Assembly (NCBI GenBank): GCA_905178155.1 | Contig: CAJINV010000011.1 | Span: forward strand, 2,933,360 to 2,941,149 | DNA: 7,790 nt | Direction of reading: 5' to 3' | From: Amoebophrya sp. A120 | Taxonomy: Eukaryota; Protista; Dinoflagellata | Shown: piece by piece, positions 1 through 7,613 of the stretch | How positions within the stretch are numbered: position 1 is the first letter of the stretch | Layout: each line of letters begins with the position of its first letter | The notes under the pieces: model-generated | Told to the model about the DNA's origin: nothing | Seen by the model: only the letters and a program-made list of their open reading frames with translations | The model's database searches: none | Translations under genes and position numbers: made by a program

Positions 1-124
1 TAATCTCAACCCTGTCTCACCAGATAAAATAAAGCCCCTAATCAGTGACCGAAACGGGTCACCGGGGCGGAAAATAAAGTCTGGCCGGGGTTTAATTTCA
101 ACCCCGTCTCGCCAGACAATAATA
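1..124. repeat. Array of hairpins with A-rich linkers, including a degenerate direct repeat
   Basis: 1-25 vs 93-117 match at 21/25. Hairpin 79-117: GTCTGGC CGGGGTT / AACCCCG tctc GCCAGAC. Hairpin 34-68: GCCCC..GTGACC / GGTCAC.GGGGC. AAAATAAAG occurs at 26-34 and 71-79. Confidence 0.7.
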
Positions 125-134
125 CTCTTCACTA

Positions 135-351
135 CCATGGCAGGGGCGTGACTCCCTGGGACCTGAGAATAATAGAGATACAGACGGAAGTAGAATCTTA
201 CAAGCGAAATGGCTTGCCGTCTCTTAATTGGGGGAACGTTCTCAGGTCCTGGCTACCAATGGCCGAAGGGCTAGGGTCTGTATAAAATACCGACCGACCA
301 GCCTCAGCCTAGACTCACAGGCTCGCTAGACTTCTACTGCCCGGTCATACA
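135..351. other. Nested inverted-repeat (structured) non-coding block next to the ATX1 stop codon
   Basis: Perfect 11-bp stem 159-169/239-249 encloses AGACGG/CCGTCT (182-187/217-222) and CAAGC/GCTTG (201-205/212-216). Further hairpins lie at 275-295 and 306-323, with an imperfect closing stem 137-150/335-348. Confidence 0.55.
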
Positions 352-355
352 TTTT

Positions 356-595
356 TCACTTCGTCACGAGCTCGACCGATTTCTCGGCGGCGGTGCCCCA
401 CTTCTGCAGCTTTTCGAGCATGAGCTGGGCGTCCAGCGCCTTGCCGGTTACCAGCACCTGCTTGGTTTCGATGTTGCAGTCCACCTTGCTGACGTTCTCC
501 AGCTTGGTCAGGATCCGCGTCACCGCGCCGGAGCAGCCCTCACAGGTCATACCGACCTTAAATTCCACCACCATGTCGTCGTCGCCCGAAGCCAT
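356..595 (-). CDS. ATX1: Atx1/ATOX1/CCH-family copper chaperone (single HMA domain), intronless
   Basis: 79-aa ORF with the MxCxxC loop in family context (EFKVGMTCEGCSGAVTRIL), the 'KQVLVTG' strand and a C-terminal 'LEKLQKWG' carrying the conserved Lys. Third codon positions are GC-rich. Confidence 0.92.
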   Translation of the reverse strand: MASGDDDMVVEFKVGMTCEGCSGAVTRILTKLENVSKVDCNIETKQVLVTGKALDAQLMLEKLQKWGTAAEKSVELVTK

Positions 596-1368
596 CTTGT
601 TGCTGTTCGTTGCTTCTTATTCACGTAACCGCAACTGGTTTACGCGCTGTTGAAAATAAATGCGGTGAATGCTTCCGGAGACGGCAGAACTAATGTCACG
701 CGATTATTTCGTGGTACCACTATCACAAGAGCCTAGTCTGAAGACAAGGTCGATATTGAGCTGTAGTTTGTATTTGGCCGCACGAGGACAGTTACAACAG
801 ATCAGAAGTTTTATTCGGTTCCGCTCGACTGAAAGAACTATTCCATATTGAGTGAGTATCCATAGGAACCCACGGCGCGCAGTGTCAACAAGAGCGAAAG
901 GAGCTAAAAATGGGCCACCAAAATCGATTACGATCCCGCTCGGAAGTAGAAGTCGGTGGTGAAAAGAGTATCACGAAGATCAAGATCCATCCTCGTCAGA
1001 CAGCCAAGCGGTGGGGGAATCTGAATCTAGATCCTTCTGGTATGTCTGAGCGTGATCATGATTAACCACGCTGACTTTTTATCGCCCTTCCACCTTGCGC
1101 GAGGTGTACAAAAGGTAGTCTGAATGGACTTCATGATCGCACGGTTACCAAGTGTCTTAGTACAACCGAGATCATTGATGTAGTGATGACTTCATCGGGT
1201 GCTCCTTGTGATAGACATATCGATATCTAGAACATCTCCGGCGAGAATGAGAAACCATACTGACAGCTACAACAAGCGAAGCAGGTAAACCAGAAACAGC
1301 GACATGGAAGCAACTTCGTTGCGCGCGTCAAATACTTGAGTGCATGATAGACAAGGAAATTCTCTCTA

Positions 1369-3863
1369 TCACATCTCCAGTGGATCTGCTTCATTCTTTT
1401 TCCACAGCGATCGCAGCCGCTTTGCGGAGCGGTTCGACGCGAACTCGCAGAGGCGGTGGAGACGCAGCACGTCTTGGTCACAGAGCCTCTCGTCCTGATT
1501 TGCGGGGTCCACGTTGTCCACCATGTGGTTATTTCTACAACTAGGAGCGTCCTTGTCCTCAGACAGCTGTCCCTGCTTCGGCATTTGAAGTGATTCTGAT
1601 TCCAACGCGCGAAGAAAGATAGCGGCCGAAGCTGTTGACGCAAAATGGTCGAACTCGTTCAGATAGGCGAGGTGCTGTGCGTTCAAGATGGCTTGCGTCT
1701 TCTCCTTCCCGAGCGTCAGTAAATGGGCGGGCAGTGCCAACTCCTCGTCGCACGTCCCGTCGATCAGGAAAGCAAGGTCAACGGACGAAGTTGGGGTCCT
1801 CGCGGGAGGGTTGTTTGCGTTGGCAAGATGGATTTCCTCTTCGTGGTCCACCACCTGAGCGGAAAATTGACGTTCCAAGCCGTCTTTTATTTCTCCGCTT
1901 CCAATGGCTGCTTGATTCAACTCGACCAAAGGTGAAACAGCGAGGTTTAGCGGCACAGAATGAAGATCTACTTGTTCGGAGAAATCTTTCGGTTTGGTCT
2001 GCTGTGAATTATCCTCCTGAGAAGTGCGATTTGCCGCGAGTGGAGAGGACAACATGCCCCGCCAGGCAAACGGCTGCTCGCGGCAATCATCATCGTAAAA
2101 CGAAGGCGCGGAGGACATCAAGAGCCTTGGTGCATTCATGCTTTCTGCGCCGGCTGCGTCGCTGCTCGTCACACCTTCGGCTTCGCTCCCGCCTTGCCCC
2201 CCTGCGTCTTTGTCCGTCTCGTCTACTTCTCCCGCCGGGCTGCCGCCGTCTGCTTGTTCCTCCATGCCAAGGGGTAGCAAACCCTTTGCTTTTTCGAAAA
2301 ACCTCTCCAGCCATACAGTAATCGCGTATTGCACGAAACGCTGCGATATCAAATGTAAAAATGTTTGGGTCTGGAAACTTGTGATGCTGGGTGGCGTCTC
2401 ATGATGAGGCCACAAATGCTGGCTCAGCATGACAAGTTTCTGAGCGTCTAGGTGTTGCCTATTCTGCATGACAAAGACAAACTGCGTTCCTGCATCACAG
2501 AAAAGGGGAGCTCTTGGGTAACGTGCATGACAGATTTAAGAGTCATGCCAGACAAGCATGACAAACATGCATTCTTCCAGACCCAGACATTTTTGCATTT
2601 GATATGCGAAACCTCGGCCTGTGGTGCTAGTTCCTCTAGCACTTGCTGCAGAAAATCCGTGTGCGCGAGGATCTCCATCGCGTAAGCGTAGCGGGTGATA
2701 ACGTCGTTTGAATTTGTCTCAACGTCGCTCTCCTCGTCGTTTCCCTTCACTCCTCGATAATTTTTTGGTTCTCTATTTCTTGCCGTGGTTCCTGAAGTAC
2801 AGGAGGTTCTCGCGCTTGTACTTGATGTAGTCCCAAGACCTGTACTACGATAAGCATCGAGGGAAATCCTTGTTGGCACTGCAGATGAGGTTGTTGATCC
2901 TGCTGACTTACGGTGGCCGCCCGCCTGCCCTTCATCATCATCATCATCCCCATTCGAAGATGCCATAACCTGCAGGTTTCGCCACAGCGTATGCGCAAAA
3001 GCCTCCCCCGAAGAACCAGCCGTCCCTTCTTGGTTCGGTTTTTTCGCGAGGCCTGAGTCGATTTTGCTCACCACATCATCGGTGGTGTTCTTGATCGTCC
3101 CCGCTCCTGAAGATTCGTCAGCAGAAAGCAACCCTTGCCGCAAGTGGCGAATCTGCTGGCGCAGGACTTTTAGACCCTCAACGTCGTACAAAACTGACGA
3201 AGGCGGTACTGGTGGTGCCGTAACTGTTGGACTTGGACAAGCGGGAGATGAAGTTGCAGCTGTTGAGCTTTGTAATTCTTTCCCACCACGAGGTGGACCA
3301 CCACCTGCGGCCTCAAGAACCGCCTTTGATGCATGTCGTCCTTTATTTGTCCCACTTGCTGATGAAGAACCACCAGCCGCCGCTGCGTTCTTTCCGCCTT
3401 TGTTGAGGCCTCCAGTCGTGACAGCAGCACCCCGACTTCCACGTTTGTTCACTACGCCATGCTGTGATTTTTGCAGTCCAGGTGCGCTATTTCCAGCGCG
3501 ACTTTGAGGGGGCACGGTTTCCGCTACAAGCAGGCCCTCGGGGTCGAGCTGCAGGGCGGAGTCCAGGAGGGCGTGGACTTGCGCAACTTCGTCCTCCTTT
3601 ACTTGTCGCTCCCGGCATTTTTGTTCTTGGAACACGCGCCGACGGTGCTGCACCAGAGCGACGAGCTCCCGGGTCAGATCGTTATTCTGCTCGAGCGCCT
3701 CCCGACGGCTCTGCATCAAAAACGCCTCCTTCTCGAGCGCCTCGGCAAAAAACTCGAGATGCGCAGCGACGACTGCGGGTCGTGATGCAAGGGTAATATC
3801 ATGATCTGGGAGCAAATCGCGGTCGACATCATGATCATGATTTATTTTCGTGGGAACTGGCAT
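1369..3863 (-). CDS. Hypothetical protein, ~740-743 aa, two exons interrupted by the IR/DR element at ~2342-2609; N-terminal coiled-coil-like helices and low-complexity G/S/T linkers
   Basis: ORFs 2448-3863 and 1369-2469 are in different frames (offset 1394 nt). Removing 263 nt between the TGCGA repeats gives ...LEELAPQAEVSQRFVQYAITVWLERFF... in frame. Removing the 272-nt GT-AG segment 2341-2612 gives ...PQAERFVQY..., also in frame. Confidence 0.72.
2342..2609. mobile_element. Introner/MITE-like element acting as an intron
   Basis: Terminal inverted repeats at 2346-2376 and 2575-2605 (29/31 match). Direct repeats TGCGA at 2342-2346 and 2605-2609. Four internal GCATGACA copies. Excision restores the host reading frame. 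Confidence 0.82.
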
Positions 3864-4235
3864 TTTGTTCGACGCACGTTCAAGTGGAGGTCCTAAAGTG
3901 ACAACGAGAGGACGCAGCCCGCGCTCTTTCTAGTGTGTCACAATTTCAATTCGTGGGCGTCAACTCGCGTATCACGGTATGTTATGCCTCCGAACACCTA
4001 GTTTTTCTTATGGCGATCTTGGGCGGGAAAGAAATTCACAAGTGAGAGGACACAGCAAGTGCATGCACCACAGAACCAGAAGTGGAAAACATCGAGTAAT
4101 TAGATCAGCAACGAATCCGTTATTCAGCCAGAAGCGTTCTTGACAGTAAGCTGCCTGGTGAGGACCACGATGAGTTTACACAGAACCTAACCACGAACAA
4201 GTCCACGACAAAAAGGTGGGGACGGCTCCTCGACG

Positions 4236-4258
4236 GTAGGCGACCGACGGTCGCCTAC
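4236..4258. repeat. Perfect 11-bp-arm palindrome
   Basis: GTAGGCGACCG-A-CGGTCGCCTAC; the two arms are exact reverse complements. Confidence 0.9.
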
Positions 4259-4534
4259 ATCTTCGGGTTCTTGAGCGAGAAGAAAAGAATGCTGCATTGC
4301 GTCTAACTCTGAATAAATTTCGCGTCTTCTCTTCAATGACATTGTACTTCAATGAGGAACAAACAAACTTCTTGCTATGTTTTTGAAAGTCTTCTTCTAA
4401 ATAAGTTCTTCTTGCACAGGGACTCAGCACCCGCAAATACAGATTGATATCCAAATCTGCGGCGTCGATTTTTCGGAATGAAGATCGATAACAAGTCGCC
4501 TCTGGTGCGAATCCCCGGGGATCATATGATCGTG

Positions 4535-4822
4535 TCACAGCACCCTTTTCAGATACTGCAGCCACTTAAAGTGTTGCCGTAGACCATCTTTTCTGATGTT
4601 GGACGACTCGTGCTTACCTGATTGAGGTTATCGTACTCGTTGAGGTTGAGAATCGACATCGAGAAAAGAACATGATATATGTTGATATTGTCTGGATAAT
4701 GCGCCTCAGCAATTGGCAATGGTAACGAGATGACTTCTGCGTACGACATGATCAGTAATTTTATTTCGTTTCCTAATCCAGCAATACAAGCAAGCAGGAA
4801 GTAATGCACCTTCTTCCGTCAT
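4535..4822 (-). CDS. Possible small spliced gene (~50 aa, three exons); may instead continue into 4176-4565 or be non-coding
   Basis: Exon 4822-4810 starts with ATG. Intron 4809-4737 is GT..CGCAG with a branch-like ACTGAT. Exon 4736-4618 ends at a strong CAG|GTAAGC donor. Intron 4617-4556 ends CTGCAG, and exon 4555-4535 ends in TGA. Phases are compatible but the product is unrecognised. Confidence 0.28.
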
Positions 4823-5039
4823 ACCGGGGTCTGTAACTGCGGCGGCCGCCTCGCTCGTTCGCACGGTGCCCAAACCTATATTTATTGAAGTCAGATTGTG
4901 TTTTGCTTTTGCAAAGGTTTTTCTTTACTTATACATGTTGTTCGGACAAAAATAGTCTCCTTTGTCACTAGAGAGCGCAACAAGGGTGATCAAAACTTTC
5001 GCTCCTCCGGTAATTTTGCTGCACAAAGAAAAGCACTTG

Positions 5040-6414
5040 TTACGTTCGTGCCCCGTTGTCTTTTCCTCCATGTGGTCCCTTGCTACCGTTCTTGCCTTTA
5101 CCTTTGATATCCCCCTGCTTTCCACTCTTCCCTTCGAATCCCTGTGACGAATTCATTTTGCCATTTTGTCTCGAATGCTCACCCTCACCCTGCGTGTGCC
5201 AGTATTACATTTACTAAATGAAGAAATCCTACACACAGAGGAATCCAGCATAGCAAGTAGAGCAAGATCGTACTACAGAACGCCAAGATGAATGTGTCAG
5301 CTACTTACGTACCTTTCCTTTCCCTTTATTTCCTTTCCCCTGACTGGCCTTGCCTCCTTTCATACCACCCTTGTTGATACTACCGCCTCTCTGCATGTGG
5401 TAGTCTACTGCAATCTTTTGCCCCTCGAGCATCGAGTTGTTTTTCCGTTCAATGGCGTCCTCGACCGATTTCAAGGCGCTTTTACCGCCCCGGAGGCCTT
5501 GTTCGTCTTACTTTGAAGTAAACAAAACCCAAAAGAATTTTCTCCCCAGCACTTTCGCGGCACTGGATCCAGCGGAGACTGGCCTCCTGCACCGCCCCGC
5601 ACACACTGAAATGCTGGCGCAAGCTCTCCGAAGACGTTTCCGGAACGGTCCGAAGATTTTTGACCACCACGGTGTAGCAGTGCTCCGGAATCGGACGTAC
5701 TTTCCACGGTTTCTTGTCGGGCTGATGCGGTAGAATGTTCATCTTTGTCGAGGCAGCGTAGTTCGTCTGTACGTTATTAACCCTCGAGGACGAGGAGGAA
5801 GCACCAGACTGATTAAAATTCAACGCAAATTGTCCAGGATCCTTCTCCAGTGCTTTTTTCGCTGCGGCGTTGGTCTTGAAGTAGCAAAAGGCAATCGGAA
5901 TGCCGTCCTCGTTCTGCGCAGCACTGAATGACTTGCTTTTCTTCCCTTTCGTCTTCTTTCCTTTCGCACCAGCACCACGCGGTGGAACTACAGAGAATAC
6001 AGCCCTTCTGTCTTCTGGCCGAGGGCTGTCCCAACAGTCGGCAAAGAAGTCTTTCAATTTCTCCTGGTTACGCTCGTTTTTCGCCTCCTGCGCATTCCCC
6101 GCCCAATTCTTAACCTTCACTGCACAGAACCCCTCGGGCAGCTGCTCGTTGTAATGGTGATTCTGTTTTCCATTTCCTCCCTTACGTCCTGGCTTCTCGT
6201 CATCTAACTTCGACTGTTTCGTCGTCCCTTTGCCTCCTGCAGCACTTCTTGCTTTATCATTTTCTCGCAGGACCACCGTCTGCCGCTCCCCATTCTCGTT
6301 CCGCGCAAATTTGGTTCGCTGCTGATGATTAACATCATGGGGGCGCTTCTTGGAAGAGAAAAAATCCTCCCCTATGCTGGCGCTGGAGGAACTTCTGGAG
6401 CGTCCGCGCACCAT
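5040..6414 (-). CDS. RNA-binding protein with two RRM-like domains and a Gly/Lys-rich C-terminal tail; exons approx. 6414-5512, ~5507/5477-5313, 5141-5040
   Basis: RNP2/RNP1-like pairs AVKVKNW...IAFCYFKTNAAAKKALE and TVVVKNL...LLGFVYFK. The rest of RRM2 (ALKSVEDAIERKNNSMLEGQKIAVDY) lies in another frame, followed by GGMKGGKASQGKGNKGKGK. After a GT-AG intron comes GFEGKSGKQGDIKGKGKNGSKGPHGGKDNGART*. The first ATG is at 6414. Confidence 0.78.
5142..5312 (-). other. Canonical GT-AG spliceosomal intron (171 nt, phase 0) in the RRM gene
   Basis: AAG|GTACGT donor at 5312 and TCACAG|GGA acceptor at 5142. It contains an in-frame TAG, and splicing joins two G/K-rich coding segments in frame. Confidence 0.72.
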
Positions 6415-7130
6415 CTTTTTCTTTTCTCCGATCTTCCTACAGGCCAATGTTGTGAAAAAACTTATTTCTTTTAGGTTTACTGTGTGAAGATGCTCAAGGT
6501 CGACAAGAGTTTCTGCTTCATCGGCTAAAAATTACACCACGAAGTCGACAGGCCGCTGCTCAACAGGTCGTAGATCGCGATCTTTTCTTCAGCGTATCGT
6601 TGTCGTGCTCGTCCTCCTCCCTTTGTTTCACGAGCCCCACCAGCAACGTCTCGGAAATAGACCTCTACCCGAGCAGCCTGTGCGGATGCGGTTCAAGATG
6701 GCCGAGCTGCAGGGACCGTAGAAGTCAAAATCCTTGCAGAACAGTTTTTTTGTCTTTACATACTGTACACGCCGTGCTAGCACTGCTCAAACCATCTCTC
6801 GTTGTGCAGGTAGGGCTAATAAAAAATCGAGTATTATGATTATCATGGAAAGCTGCCAAAAAATCAGAAGTGCGTCTAGTTCATCGTCGGATGAGCTACA
6901 AGGGTCGAACAATTATTTGCTGTCTCTATCGTATCAATCATACATCAAGTAGTTGCAGATCGAAGGAGCACGCTTCCCACTACTACAAGCTGCCAAAAAA
7001 CTTCCTTCGTCAGTGACAATTATCTGCGTTTCGAAGTCTTTGCGTTTCAAATCGTCTTTGCAATTCAGCGAAAAATCTCAGTCCAAACAGGCAAAAAACC
7101 TGCAGTGAATGTGATGGTGCTGTCTATGAT

Positions 7131-7172
7131 TTCAGTTCAGTTCAGTTCGACGCATTATTAGTTAGTTAGTTA
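7131..7172. repeat. Two adjacent short microsatellites
   Basis: (TTCAG)3TTC at 7131-7148 and (TTAG)3TTA at 7158-7172. Confidence 0.8.
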
Positions 7173-7468
7173 CGGGCGCGGTGGCGGTGGCCTCTTACCT
7201 CAAAGCTCGATAGACAGGGGCAGGGAACAACGCAATGCTATGCGCCACGGGCACACGACTACTAACAGGCAGTGTGGACGCCTCCGGACAGCAGCAACTG
7301 CCCAGCATACAAAACTAAGTTATCAAACTCCTACCCTAGGGACCTGCTAGACTTTTCCTCTAACCCACTGGGGCGCGTATGTAGCTCGGCGGGGCTGGGT
7401 GCAGCGCATACAAACTCCTGCTGCATAAGCTACTTCTTTGCCCAAGTTCATAGTGAGCTTCTTTTTTT
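7173..7468 (+). ncRNA. Candidate structured ncRNA of ~260-295 nt ending in a T7 tract; family unassigned
   Basis: Nested long-range stems 7203-7208/7455-7460, 7218-7227/7434-7443 and 7239-7246/7372-7379. Hairpins at 7268-7302 and 7381-7433. G-U pairs favour the + strand. T7 at 7462-7468 follows the outer stem. Confidence 0.35.
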
Positions 7469-7613
7469 CCGTGCTTTGAACTTCTTCTTCTTAACTTCGT
7501 GCTTTTTGCTTTTACTTTCTACTGTAGTTTTTGAAAACAAAAAAACAAGGGTCACTGAACTACGCACCTTTTTTCCTTACAATATCAAGTTAAGCCATGG
7601 CCAGGGCGTAAAA

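Noticed and set aside
34-68. Hammerhead ribozyme
   Set aside because: The minus-strand CTGATTA does not fit CUGANGA, and the GAAA lies on the opposite strand.
123-240. U1 snRNA (ACTACCATGGCAGGGG resembles the U1 5' end)
   Set aside because: There is no intact ACTTACCTG, no U1-70K or U1A loop motifs, and no proper Sm site.
1369-2469. Independent 366-aa gene starting at 2469
   Set aside because: Its start codon and first ~41 codons lie inside the inserted element, and the in-frame fusion with 2448-3863 explains it better.
1635-3796. Plus-strand ORFs (1635-2321, 2138-2404, 2452-2685, 3064-3507, 3464-3796 and others)
   Set aside because: They are antisense shadows of the minus-strand gene. The shared peptides IKCKNVWVWK and FQTQTFLHLI are simply the TIR translated on both strands.
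4176-4565. 129-aa ORF as a stand-alone gene
   Set aside because: It has a non-ATG start and no recognisable domain. It could at most be an exon of the small upstream candidate gene.
5470-5504. Mini-introner defined by the CAAGGC/GCCTTG inverted repeat and GAA direct repeats
   Set aside because: Excision would remove 32 nt and does not restore the RRM frame.
6525-6745. Coding-looking minus-strand fragments upstream of the RRM gene
   Set aside because: Short open stretches exist in several frames, with no recognisable motif or defensible exon boundaries.
7173-7468. Canonical SRP RNA or RNase P/MRP RNA
   Set aside because: There is no helix-8 motif with a GNRA loop and no paired CR-I/CR-V P4 signature. 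It is kept only as an unassigned candidate.
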